DNA of 64,000 nucleotides from Camelus dromedarius (Eukaryota), in contig NC_087449.1 in assembly GCF_036321535.1 (NCBI RefSeq), positions 11,470,001 through 11,534,000 on the forward strand, given 5' to 3'. Positions 51,830 through 64,000 of this stretch are shown one piece after another; within the stretch, counting starts at the first letter, position 1; each line of letters opens with the position of its first letter. The position numbers were made by a program, and so were the translations under genes. The notes below the pieces were generated by a model. It ran no database searches, had not been told where the DNA came from, and saw only the letters and a list, made by a program, of their open reading frames with translations.

Positions 51830-52426
51830 CTATTATATTGATTGATTTATTATTGTATGATCCCATATTTTAAAATTATTTTATATTTCATCAAGTTCTG
51901 CCCTTTGCTTGTTCTTTTCTAGGTTTATATTTGGTCTTAATCAGGTGATTATTTAATAACAACTTGAGTTGACCCATATCAGTCATACATTTATACATTC
52001 TTGATTTTTTCTACACTGTTTCCTAATGACTACCTTAGATGGTCCCACAAATTTTGACAAGCAAGTTCATTTTCATACAGCTCTGAGTATTTTAAAATTT
52101 CCCTAAAACTTTTCTGTGAAAACAAAAGGTTATTTGGGAGTATTTTTTTTAATCCCCTGAAAACTGAGCTAGTGTAAGCTAATTTTTCACTCTATCATTC
52201 TGCTTTATTTACTTTAATTGTATTATTTTATAATATTACAAATATAATTATATTATATATTGTGTATATATATTTATTTAGTATATATGCATATATTTGT
52301 ATTAATATCTGAGAACTCAGTCCATTGGTTGATTTTTTGAAATCTATAAAAAAACTTTCTTTTATGATGATGCACACTGAGTTTTCTATTGGTAATATGC
52401 ATATTACTTAAAACAATGACTATTCT

Positions 52427-53700
52427 GGAGTGATGTCAGCAGGATTATAGAATAGGAAGCCCCAGACTTCATTCCCCCACAGAGACACTGACTTAATAAC
52501 AACATATGGTCCAAAAAGCCTTTATGAGACCTTCAGAAGCCAGTTAGGAAGTCACAATACCCCAGGCAAGTGCAAAGCCAGGAACAGCTGCATCAAAGGA
52601 GTAGGAAAAACCATTGCATTTAATGTGTGACAGCCTTTTTCTCCTAAGCTTTCCCAACTCAGTGCAGCCAAGAGAAAACACTCTACTCATAACTTCCAAC
52701 TTGGGAGGAAGGAGTGGAACATACATCCAATATTCCGGCTTTTAGTTGGCGATTGCCCAAGAGACGGGTTTCTGTCTCACCTGACTGAGAGTGCTGACAG
52801 AGAATTGCAAACTTTGGATTCCTGAGGACCATTAAGAACAAAAAAAGTTAAGCAGCTTGTTTTGGCACCAGGGAACATACAGTACCACAGATAAATTCCA
52901 AGAGGAGCAAGGGATTATAAACTCCTGATTAAAAACAAACAAACAAAAACAACTGACTGTCTCTCTGACTGGAAATTTACATGCACAAACCCAGCAAAGA
53001 CACATCCCAGAAAATCCGGAAAGGCCACACGAATCTCTAGCCAGGCTGATTTGTGTAGTTCCTTCCCTATATAAAGCTAGTATCTAAAGTTAAGAGAAGT
53101 GGCTGTTTCTCAAATGCCCAAATCTCGTCAGCAAACAACAAGGCATATGAAGAAACAGGAAAACACGGCCCAATCAAAGGGACAAAATAAATCTCCAGAA
53201 ACTGACCCTAACGAAAAAGACACCCATGAATTATCTAACAAAAATTTCAAAGTAATTATCTTAAAAAAGCTAAATGAGCTAAAGAAAACACAGACAACTA
53301 AACACAGTCTGGAAAACAATGTATAAACAAAATGTGGATATCAATAAAAAACAGAAACTGTAAAACATACAAAAACAAATTCTGGAGCTGAAGAATACAA
53401 TAACTGAATTTAATAATTCACTAGAGGGGTTCAATCTCAGACTTCATAAAATAGAAGAATCCACAAACTTGAAGATAGGTAATTTGAAATTTTCAAGTTA
53501 AGAGTAATAAAAAGGAAAAAAAAAAAAAAAAAAAAAAGAAAGCGAAGAAAGCCTAAGGACTTATGGCAGAAATTCCAGGGGACTAAAATACACATGATGG
53601 GAGTCCCAGAAGGAAAAGACAGAAAGAAAAGGGCAAACAGCTTATTTGGAGAAATAATGGTTGAAAACTCTGAATCTAAGGAAGGAAATAGTTATAGATT
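52427..53700 (+). mobile_element. L1 5' UTR and decayed ORF1
   Basis: L1M-type 5' end (ggagtgatgtcagc...). ORF 53099-53326 contains MKKQENTAQSKGQNKSPETDPNEKDTHELSNKNFKVIILKKLNEL, the L1 ORF1p N-terminus, and a later frame reads MGVPEG. Confidence 0.9.
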
Positions 53701-53829
53701 CTATGCTTATTATTTTAACAACTGTCCCTGTTATTATTTTTACTGGAACCATCTGAAAAATGGTTTCAGAATTCTTCTCTTGATACTGTCATCCTTTTTG
53801 TTTTTTCCCGATAACTTCTGGGACTTTCC

Positions 53830-53955
53830 TTAATTTCCTTTTTAGTTTGTTCTTTGTTAGTGTGTAGAGACACAACTGATTTGGGGGTATTGATTTTGTA
53901 TACTGAAACATTGCTGAATTTATTTATTAATGTACTTTTTCTTCTAGCTTGCTAG
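53830..53955 (-). mobile_element. L1 ORF2 RT-domain fragment
   Basis: Minus strand translates LINKFSNVSVYKINTPKSVVSLHTNKEQTKKEI, compared with L1 ORF2 [28 protein letters not shown]. Confidence 0.85.
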
Positions 53956-53979
53956 AGTTTTTTTTTTTTTGTTCATAGT

Positions 53980-54240
53980 ACTGTAGATTGATTATTGTTC
54001 CCAATTCTTCACTCTTTTTCTATAATAGAATTGTACATATATGTCCTATGTCAAGTGACTTTACAGTGCTAAAACCTAAAACAGACAAAGTATACAACAT
54101 AGTAAATTTCAGCTTAGCATAGAGACTTTCTTTAGCCATAGGAATGTAAACAGATATGAATAAGCAAAAAGTTGAATTGTGTTTGCTTGTTTTGACTTGT
54201 TACTCTGTGATTCTACCAACTCCCTTGAGAAAAAGTCTCA
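53980..54240 (+). mobile_element. MLT1 LTR 5' part
   Basis: gtagattgattattgttcccaattcttcactc...gtgactttacagt...ctttctttagccataggaatgtaaacagatatga. Confidence 0.7.
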
Positions 54241-54439
54241 AATAAGCAGACACGTGCTAAAAATAATTATTTTTAGCCTTTGAAATTTTAAGACTTCCTT
54301 AAAGTAGAATAATTGACAAAAATAGAGGCTGTATCCATCCTGTTGTTAAGCTCACTCATTATTTTATAATTATCTGTTAAAATGTAGAATATTCAAGACA
54401 AAATGTATGTGTTCTAAAATATAACAAGATGGTACTATC

Positions 54440-54660
54440 AGTGAGCTCACCACCCTACTTAAGAAATGTCATTGCTAAAGCCAGTGAGACTCCATACTCA
54501 CTCCTTTCTGATAACTGTTTCTCCCCTATCCTGGATTTTGTGTTTATCATTCTATTGCTTAACTTTAGAATATTATTCTATATGTCTGTATCTCTAAACA
54601 ATATTGTATATGCATATGCCTCCATACAAATTTTAGGTTGACTACATTATTTTGAGTACA
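54440..54660 (-). mobile_element. Old L1ME fragment
   Basis: ctatcctggattttgtgtttatcattctattgcttaac...atgtctgtatctctaaacaatat. Confidence 0.55.
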
Positions 54661-56854
54661 TTTATTAGATTTCATTCACAGATTTATGATTGATTGATAG
54701 ATTTGACAGTAGTTGTGTTAGTTTCTGAGTGTAGCTCTAAAAACCATCAACCTCCTTTCTACTCTCTGTATTGAAATTTGAAGGAAGAAACTAACCCATT
54801 GGCCTCATCATGTCTGGAATAAGTAGTCAAAAAGACACTTTCATTTTTTGTATAAATTAAAAACTCTCCTTAAAGTGTTGTCCTTTTGATATCAGAATTT
54901 AGTATTAATGGCCTAACTGATTATAATTACAGACATTTGTTCCATTATACTCATGAATGATGAATGATTCAAAAGGCAGTCTATTGAATTCAGATTTTTC
55001 TCATCTATTTTTAAATTCGAAAACTCAGGCAGTAATTTAGAGTAACAAAGCAAGGATTGTTTTGTGGTCCCAGATTCCTCCTTTATTTAATTAAAATTGT
55101 TTTTAAAAATAATCATTGGGAATAAGGTATTTTGTTTAACAGAATATTAAAGCATAAACACTTTATTGTGTATGCTTTTGAAACAAATAATTTTATTTTG
55201 CACAAAGTTATAAAAATAAGATTGCACCCAGGATGCACACCTCCAAATACGATTTATACAGTATCCTTCTTTGTTATATATTAATGTAAATATGTAGTTT
55301 GATTTCAGGGTGTTGGTAAGTGAAGCATGTAAACTTGAAATCAAAATGAAATTTGTTTTGTGAGATGAAGCCTTCTTTCCTCTCTTTTTAAATCTAAAAA
55401 TGTTACATCGTGTCATCAAATTAATTTTGTCAGTAGTCTCTATGTTATCTTTTAATTACAATACATAACATATGCGTAGTAATAATATATAACATAGATG
55501 CTCATGCATATATAACCTAAACAGCACGTGCGCTTTATAAACAAAACACGTTTTAACTACAACATATAACACAACAGATAACGGTTCTTACTGCATTTGC
55601 ACGGAGAAGTAAATGTTCAACAGAACAAGGGCAGTAGAGTGTTTTTCGCTAGTTTCAGAATGCATTTTTGTCCTAAGTATTGGTGACACTTCAGTCTGTG
55701 TGCTCCACAGCCTAGCATCAGCCAACAGAGAAGACGGTGATGGACACTATTGAAAACAAGAGATTTGCAAATATCCTTTGAAAGAAAGTGAGGATTTATC
55801 ATTTGCTTGATACTTTATTTGGGCCCTCTTTGGGGTTTTAATATGAGGTAGCATTATAAGATTCAGGGATGTTTTTTCAAAAATATTTATTACCTTATTA
55901 AGGCTAACTGTCTTCCCTGCCGGTGGATGATGTTTTATAGAAAAACACAAAATCCTATAAACTTCACGGCTGGAGTCCAGCCACTGTTTAGCTGACAACA
56001 CTATAACCATTACTTTCATTCTAATTTTAAGGACAGTAGTAGCAGCACTTCAATTAACCAATTAATCAAAATAATATTCAGGTTTCTACACACTAGTTCG
56101 TACAGGCTCTCCGCATAGCACATTATTTCAAATGAATGCCACCTCCTGCTATGGTGGGTGTTCAGCTGGCCTAGAAAAGCACAGTAGTTAGCTCTTTCAT
56201 TGCAGCAAAAAAAAAAGTTAACACTGACACTTAAGTGACCATAATTAGTCCATTGAGATTAATGTGGGAACTTTGTACCCCTCCCAGTGTCATTGTCACA
56301 GATTTATGATACCCTCTGAATTGCAGTAGTTCATCGGTTCATTTTGCAAATAGTTTTCTCACTTATAATGCCTAGAAGCTCATTTAAAAAAAAAAGAAAA
56401 AGAAATGATCTTGGGTACTGTAGGAAACAGCCTCTACTGAACAAAGTCTAAAGGAAGACCTTACACCTTCAAACTAGTGTTTTCTCAGTGCTTGTACGAG
56501 AAAGACACATCAAGTGACCATATATGAAAACCAAATCCTTGTAATTCAGAACATTAAATGTTTAGTAGAGTAAATGGGAAATTTCAGAGATTAATTTTCC
56601 ATGAATACAAGTTTGAAAACATAAAAGGATTTAAAAAAAGCAAATTCTGCCCTATTCAAACCGTTTCATCAAAATATTTGACATGCTTTATGAAAAAAGC
56701 TTACAATAACAAAAAGGCATAAAATATGGTATCAGGTTATATATCGGGCAAAAACTAACAAGCCAATTTTATTTCAATGCCTTTTTATAGCAGTAGAGAA
56801 AAATATACTGGTGTGTAATTGGTTTTATGAATATTATTATGGTTTAGTTTAATT

Positions 56855-57522
56855 TTTTTTTTCTTTTCCCATTTTATTGAGATGTAATTGGCATACAGCC
56901 GTGCAGGAGTTTAAAGTGTACCACATTTTAACTTAACTAGCATACATCATGGAATGATTACCACAATAAGTTTGCTGAACAGATAACATCCCATATCGAT
57001 AAAAAATAAAATGACAGGAAAAAAATTTTTCCGTGTGATGAGAACTTTTAGGGTTTACTCTCTTAACAACTTTCATATATGACATACAGCAGTGTTAGTT
57101 GCATCAATCATGTTGTGCATTACACCCCTAGTGCTTATCCCTCTTAAAACTAGAAGCTTGTACCTTTGATTACCTTCATCACCATCCAAAGATATTGTAC
57201 TATTATTAACTCTCTTCCTCTCACTGTACATTTCATCCCCATGACATTTATTTTGTAACTGGAAAGTTTGTAGCTTATTCCCCCCAGGTAATTCACTCAT
57301 CGCTCCGACTCCACCACCCCTCTGGCAATGACCTGTTTGTTCTCTGTATCTATGACTCTGTTTCTGTTGTGTTATTTGTTATTTGTTACGTATTCTGTTT
57401 CTTATTTGTTCATTTGCTTTGTTTTTAAGATTCCACATGAATTTTAGAGACCATATGGTATTTGTCCTTCTCTGTCCGATGTGTTTTGCTAAGCATAATA
57501 CACTCTAGGTCCATCCATCCTC
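56855..57522 (-). mobile_element. L1MA9/artiodactyl-type L1 3' end
   Basis: ttttattgagatgtaattggcatac...gtgatgagaacttttagggtttactctcttaacaactttca...ttgctaagcataatacactctaggtccatccat. Confidence 0.9.
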
Positions 57523-57899
57523 TTCAGATTTCTTCAGGTTAGTGAAAATGGTGCTAATGGAGGTCTTTGGTAAAACTGAAGTGGCAAAAGCAAACTTTCA
57601 AAGAGTGAGGGATACCTGTATTTTGTTGGACAGGTAGTTTTGAGGCAGATCACAGAGAAATGTTCTTTCTAACTGGCAGTAAGAACTTGTGATCATTCCA
57701 TAAAGAAACACAGACCTAAAGACTGAGAAACTCAGGCCCTTTAAAGGTTTATAAGATCAGAAAGAAACCTCTTTTCTAGAAATTGCTTCAAGAAATACCA
57801 CTCAAAAAAAGCATCTATGCAGGTCAATGAAAGTAAGGTTTAGAAGCTTGAATTAAGGTTAATAATAATTAAGCTTTGTTTTTCTCATTATAGAATACT

Positions 57900-58630
57900 C
57901 AATATATTCAAGAATTTAGAATATGTATCTTATTTTTTTCTTATTTTTTGAGTATCTTATTTTTTCCATTTTAAATTGGAGTCATTGTCCATTTTTTGGT
58001 AGATGATTTTAAGAATTCATTGCTATTTCTTCTTCTTTGGTTGGAACTGTAATGTGTCTCAATACCAATTATTTCTTTGTTAAATGTGAGACCAGTATCA
58101 TATCAGTTTATAACTTGTCTATTAGCCCACCTTACAGTGTCTTTTAATTCATTGGTATTCTTAATTTCAATAGAGTTGAAATTTTTATCCACTTCCTTTA
58201 TGGTTTCCACAACCTTTGTCTTATTTAGGAAACTCTACACTGAGGACATGAAACTATTCTACAGCTTTTTCTTCTGAGATATTCAAGTTTTTATTTTTTT
58301 TAATTTTTCAACTCCCTGAAATTGATTTTTTTGTATAAGACTGTCAGGTAAGGATCCATTTTTCTTCCATAAAGATAACCAGTGGTTCCGGAAAACTTTA
58401 TTCAATAGTTCATCAATTCCCAGTAATGTTTAATGCCACCTCTCTTAGGTACCAAATTTCTATATATGCCTGAGGTCTTTAAAGACTCTATTTTCCATTG
58501 CTTGATACTTCAATCTCTACTACAATCTCCTGCTGCCTTAAACTTTATAATAAGTCATAATACTGTGACTCATATTATTCCATCATCTTTCCTTTAGGAG
58601 CCATTTGATGACTTATGACTGCATACACGT

Positions 58631-58665
<35 letters not shown>

Positions 58666-60570
58666 ATTTCAGTAAGTAAGGCATGGAGCATATAGATGAT
58701 GTTGGGAAGAACTGACATATATATGATAATGATATATTACCCTTAAGTGTGGTATATAGTTTTTATTAATGTCTTTCTTAATGTCTTACTGTAGAGTTTT
58801 ATCATTTTCTCCGTAAGTGTCAAGCACATTTGTATTAGATCTAAAACTGGGTTCTTTGTGTTGTCTTTATCCTTTAATGACCATCTTTTCTTGAATTAAA
58901 TTTTTTGTGGATATATATAAGTGCAGTTGTCCTTAAGTTTTGGCATTTTACTCAAAATACTCAAATAACTTTAGTAATTTATGTAAATTATTTTTGAGAG
59001 CTTAATGTAGACAATTATATCACATGCAAGTTTTTACTTTATTTTAATCTTGATAGGTTTTGTTTCTGTCATTTGTCTTACTGTTTTGACTAGAACCTCC
59101 AATACAAATATTGAAGAGAAATGGTAATAGTTATATTTTTTCCACATACATTTTTGTTAAAGTTAATTTTTAGTTTTTGGATATTCACCTATATTTACAG
59201 TGTCATAAGAGTTTTTTTTTTTTAGCATAGAGGTATATTAGGTCTTACTAACTTTTTGGCATTTATTATAATTGTATTCACTTTTAGTCTGTTAATATAA
59301 AGAATAACCTATATAAATTATCAAATCTTAAGTTATACTAACATTCCTGGTGTAGATCTACCTTCATCATTGTGTATAGCAATTTTTATACATTGGTGGA
59401 TTACATGTCCTAGTATTTTAAATTTTTGCATTCATGTTCCTAAGTGAGATTGTCCTGTACATTTTCCATTCTCATGAATACTTTTCTTGATTTACTTTTA
59501 AAATGAACTGGGAGTGGTGTATTTTTGCTTTTGTTTGATTGGTTTTGGAAGTTTGTTTGGGGGATATTTCCTTTTAATTCCTTCAGTGGTTTTCAGGATA
59601 TTCACATTTATAATTTATTTTTAATGTCTGGTGATTAACATTTTACTAAGAATTCTTCCAATTTATTATGTTGTCAAATTTATCAGAACCATTGCTAACA
59701 ATTTTCTTCTATTATTATCTAATTTATTTTGCATCTATACAGTCACATCTCCTTTTTCATTCCAAATAATGTTTGTATTTCTTTTTTTTTAACAAGTCCC
59801 TACAGATGGATATTAAGATTATTTCCATTTCTTTTTTTTTATTACAAAGAGAAGATGTGATGAACACCTTTACACAGGCATCCTGATGTGCTTCTCAAGT
59901 ATATTAATGGTTAAGTCCCAGCACAATTACAGGCTCAAAGGTTATGTGCATTTAAAGTTTCGATATATGATGTAACTGGACCTCCAAAAAAGTTTTCGCT
60001 GGTTTATACTCCCACTTAGAATATATGTAAATACCACTCTGTGTGCTTGCTACCACTGAGCATCATCCAGTTTTAGCTATTTTGCTAACCTGATCAGTGT
60101 GGAAAATGGTGTTCTGACTTTGATGTTACTTTTCTTTTTAAATTCGCAGTAAGTTTTGACATATGATAGGACACTTTCATTTTTATTGAAAAAATCATTG
60201 TATTTTTTCAGGTAATTCTTAATATAAAATTTTCAAATTCATAAAAGAAACCCTTATGTGTTTTAATTTAAATGTCCAATTAAGTTGGAAGAATTATTAT
60301 CTTTATAATATTGGTTTCTTACTCAGAAGTATGGCATTTCTCTACTTGCTGAGATTTTTAAAAACACTGACAGCAAGATTTTGTAATTTTCTTCAGAGAG
60401 GTCTTAATTTACAAGGACTTTAATTTCTAGCTGTATTATATTTTATATTTATAATTTTTATTACTACTATGAAAAATTCATTTTCCCCCTGACTGATTAT
60501 ACAGAGTTTGTATTTAGAAAAGTTGGTCGTTTTGAATATTTATCTTATCTACCACCTTACTGGACTCTCG
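57900..60570 (-). mobile_element. Old L1ME-type ORF2/3' fragments
   Basis: Extended antisense L1M sequence, e.g. ggtaaggatccatttttcttccataaagataaccagtgg and gacaattatatcacatgcaag...gactagaacctccaatacaa. Confidence 0.8.
58633..58663. repeat. (AC)n microsatellite, about 15 units
   Basis: Perfect acacac run. Confidence 0.97.
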
Positions 60571-60578
60571 TGTGTGTG

Positions 60579-61334
60579 TGGTGTTGAGAATGTTGGATAG
60601 CCACATATAAATCAATGAAGTTAGAACACTCCTTCACATCATACAAAAAAATAAACTCAAAATGGCTTAAAGATTTAGACATAAGACAAGTCACTATAAA
60701 CCTCCTTCAAGAAAACACAGGCAAACATTTTCTGACTTAAATCTTAACAATGTTCTTCTAGGGCAGTCTACTCAGGCAATAGAAATAAAAGCAAAAGTAA
60801 ACAAATGGGACCTAATTAAACTTATAAGCTTTTTCACAACAAAGGAAACTGTAAGCAAAACAAAAGACAAACTGCAGAGTGGGAGAAAATATTTGCAAAT
60901 GATGTGACTGACAAAGGTTAATTTCCAGAATATACAAATAGCTCATACAACTTAATAACAACATCAACAACAAAAATGACAAACAAACCAATCCAAAAAT
61001 GAGCAGAAGACCTAAACAAGCAATTCTCCAATGAAGACATACAAATGGCTAATAGGCACATAAAAAAAATATACTCAATATCACTAATTATCAGAGAAAT
61101 GCAAATCTAAACTACAATGTGTGGGGGAGGGTATAGCTCAGTAGTAGACGACCTGCTTAGCATGCACAAGGTCCTGAGTTCAATCCCCAGTCCCTCCATT
61201 TAATCAATCAATCAACCAATAACCTTATTACTTCCCCCAAATAAATAAATACATTTAAAAAAAAAAAGAAAAAAAAATACTACAATGAGGTACCACCTCA
61301 CACCAGTCAGAATGGCCACCATTAAAAAGTCCAC
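60579..61334 (+). mobile_element. L1 ORF2 internal fragment
   Basis: Translates WC*ECWIATYKSMKLEHSFTSYKKINSKWLKDLDIRQVTINLLQENTGK, compared with L1 ORF2 [36 protein letters not shown]. Continues to aggtaccacctcacaccagtcagaatggcc. Confidence 0.93.
61120..61278 (+). mobile_element. tRNA(Ala)-derived camelid SINE (Vic-1 type) inserted in L1
   Basis: gggggagggtatagctcagtagtag...cttagcatgcacaaggtcctgagttcaatcccc, A-rich tail, and TSD actacaatg at 61111-61119 and 61279-61287. Confidence 0.92.
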
Positions 61335-61974
61335 TAATGATAGATAATGTGTTTTTCTTTGTTTATTTTATTAATCTTGTCCACTGCTTCTCTTTTAGTC
61401 TTTTCAAAGTACTGAATGTATTGGAACTTTTGCTCAGTGACACTCAGAACAAAGCAAAACATTTTAGATTTAAACACAGCAAACATTTGTTTTTTGCTCT
61501 AAGAAAAGCATGAAGAAAAGTTGTGTTTTTTTTGGAGAAGAAAGCTATATATACTATTAATTATGATTCTGGATAGTAGGGTTTTTATTAGAGATGCTCA
61601 CAGCGATACCCCTGTTTTAGATTAGTTTCTACCACCCTACCTACCCGATGCTCAGCAAATATTATTTTAAAGAAGGAACTGATATGCTGAAAACTACATA
61701 CTTTCTGAATTCAGGTACCCTCTCCTTTGGCAAAAAAAAAAAAAAAAAAGTTCTAATTCCAACCAAAAATAATCTGATTCTGAAAAATAATGATACAATG
61801 ATATAGCAATGTATCAACAGAAAACCTTCTTGTGTGTTTTAATGGAAGAAATACAAGGTAAGGTTACACATACCTAGTAAGCACATCAGTTATTGACTCG
61901 GAGGTTCTACTCTCCCTAGTCTAAAGAAATCACTGACACTAGCAAACATGGATTTCCTAGGCTTGTTCACCAAA

Positions 61975-62110
61975 ACCAGCGTGCTTAATCCTGTCTGCAT
62001 ATTAGAATTACCAGAGGAGTTTTAAATATACCTGATTGATTGAGCGAGATCTCCCTGTGTTGGGCTTAAGCCCACGAGAGTCAAATACACAGCAGGGCTG
62101 AAAACCACGG
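61975..62110 (+). mobile_element. MER5B-like hAT MITE
   Basis: gtgcttaatcctgtctgcatattagaattaccagaggagttttaaa...cagcagggctgaaaaccac. Confidence 0.65.
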
Positions 62111-62427
62111 CGTAAGTTTATATATTTGTGAAACCCAAAGCTTTAAATTCGTTTGTAACATTGACCTACGTGGTCCTTTATTAAAAGAACAGACTATTGA
62201 GATCAAAAACCACTAAAGCTAATAGCAGATGCTTTTCCTGAACTAACTCAACTGTTACAAGACACTTCAAAAACAATTTCCTAATTTGTATTTTTACATT
62301 ATGGGAAATACTTAAATGGTATACTGTGCTTTGTCAAACATTTTCCCATCCTGCAGAATTAACTGTTTTATGCTTTAGCATATATTTATCTTTAAGCTCT
62401 CTCCTCCTGACATACGTGATTGCTAAT

Positions 62428-62493
62428 TTTTTTATTAAAGTGTAGTTGGTTTACAATGCTGTGTTAGTTTCTGGTGTACAACATAGTGATTCC

Positions 62494-62542
<49 letters not shown>

Positions 62543-62610
62543 CTTTTTATATTTTTTCATTATAGACTATTACAGGATATTGAATATAGTTCCCTGTGCT
62601 ATACATTTAT
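62428..62610 (-). mobile_element. L1 3' terminal fragment containing an expanded (TA)n
   Basis: tttttattaaagtgtagttggtttacaatgctgtgttagtttctggtgtacaacatagtgattc...(TA)~21 at 62498-62540...gatattgaatatagttccctgtgctataca. Confidence 0.9.
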
Positions 62611-64000
62611 TTTTAATAAAACTGGTCAGTCTGAGATGGTTATGGTACATAGTCAATAATATCAAAAATAGATAAATAAATAAATTAAAAGGCTGATACT
62701 GTGAAACTAACACTAAAAGTCTTGTAACAGAATTTCCTCAGATTTGAGTGAGTGATGTTGAAGAAGGAATTGTGTATTAATGCTTAAATAGTGTGATTGA
62801 CTTTAATCCATGAAGAAATACTTTTATGAAAGAAAATTGGAACTGTTAACTTAGTTGCCACCGTCTTAATTTAACTTGCATTTATGTAGCCATTTTTTTC
62901 TTAATGAAACATGATTTATCAGTTGAATCAGGTAATTTCATTTTATTTTTCAATAATTACAAGACATAATGTAATCTATTTGTAAGCTAAAGAGAGTTTG
63001 TTAATTTTATCTTGACAATTTGTGCTGTAATGTATTTTCTTTTTAGTTTGGAGAAAAAAAGAGTATTGTAGTTAAGGGTAGAAAATTTTCTGCCCTTCCT
63101 ATCTGCTTTTGGTCGACCCCCCCTGTTTTCAAACCAAGGATTTGAATGAGATTTATCACATCACCCAGCACCATATTCAGACCTGGCCAACTAGTATATT
63201 TCATTTAATTGTACACAGTGGAGGGTTCCATGACCTAAGGCAGTCCAAGGAGATTCATCTCTTACAGATTTGGTTATAATGATGGCCATAAGTAACCCAA
63301 CCTTACCACAAGAAATCTTGATTGGCAATAAAACTCACCTGGAAGAATGCAGAGCTGAGAACTGAAACTTGAAAGATTCCTAGTGATTATTTCAAGTCTT
63401 TGGAAACAAATGCTTTCCTTGAGCTTTGTAGTATGTGGGCAATGCATTCCCTTATCAAGCTGAGATTAGCTGGTTTTTGTCATTAACAAAATAATTTTAG
63501 TTACTAAAATACTATCAATGTTTAAACGTCATAACTTGTAAGGAACAACATGACAGTATTTTATGTGCCAACTAGGAAAGAAAAGAAAATGTTGTCAATT
63601 AAACATTGAGTGCACAATGAATCTCAGTCTCAAATTTGTTAAAATTGAAACAATTGGTTAAATAGAAGCAATGATATATGGTAATAGAAGAATTGAAGAT
63701 GTAGAATTTTGAAAATGAAATACCCTAAAATGTGAAGTTACAGACACTGAGGCTGTAGGTGGCATACCTCAGGTTATAAGGGGGCAACCTTTCTCAGATG
63801 GTAAAGTTTTGGATACTGTAACTCAGGTCAGGTGTCCATTCAGGTTGGAATTTTAAGAGATTTGATATAAAAAATGAGGCTAGTTAAATCAGTTAGCTAG
63901 TTTGTATGACCTCAAGTAAATTTCTACAAATGAGAGATGATCTGAAGGAAGAAAAAAACAGCTGGATGTACAGGATATTTTTTCCACTGTTCAGCCTTCC

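Noticed and set aside
53099-53326. 75-aa ORF as a host gene
   Set aside because: L1 ORF1p relic, frameshifted downstream.
9170-58635. Eight scattered CACGTG E-boxes
   Set aside because: About one per 8 kb and unclustered, which looks like background.
61120-61200. tRNA-Ala gene
   Set aside because: Same SINE family, inserted in L1 with a TSD.
1-64000. Inferring host-gene strand from repeat orientation
   Set aside because: MLT1 LTRs lean + while long L1s lean -, so the antisense-bias rule gives conflicting answers.
1-64000. CRISPR arrays, operons, rRNA or known miRNA genes
   Set aside because: Mammalian DNA with no regularly spaced repeats, no rRNA-like sequence and no mature miRNA sequence that I recognised.

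Overview
AT-rich mammalian genomic DNA, most likely camelid, judged from two tRNA-Ala-derived SINEs of the camelid Vic-1 type (13.6 kb and 61.1 kb). I found no protein-coding gene, RNA gene or CRISPR array that I can support. The listed ORFs are short and either fall inside repeats or resemble nothing I recognise. The window reads as a long intron or intergenic region filled with old transposon relics: an ERVL-type provirus remnant broken by nested MLT1 LTRs (1.3-5.6 kb), many L1, L2 and MIR fragments, a CR1/L3 relic, and Tigger2a, MER5 and Kanga1-like DNA transposons. There are also microsatellites and a 172-nt assembly gap. The best non-repeat signals are a 182-bp internally repetitive palindrome at 14.0-14.2 kb, a repeat-poor block at 15-22 kb with MEF2/GATA motifs and an exact 20-bp dispersed duplication, and CpG-retaining unique segments with splice-site-like ends at 23.1-23.5 kb and 25.8-26.2 kb. 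I see no convincing new biological system. Repeat names come from recalled consensus sequences, not database searches, and repeat boundaries are approximate unless a TSD or TIR is quoted.
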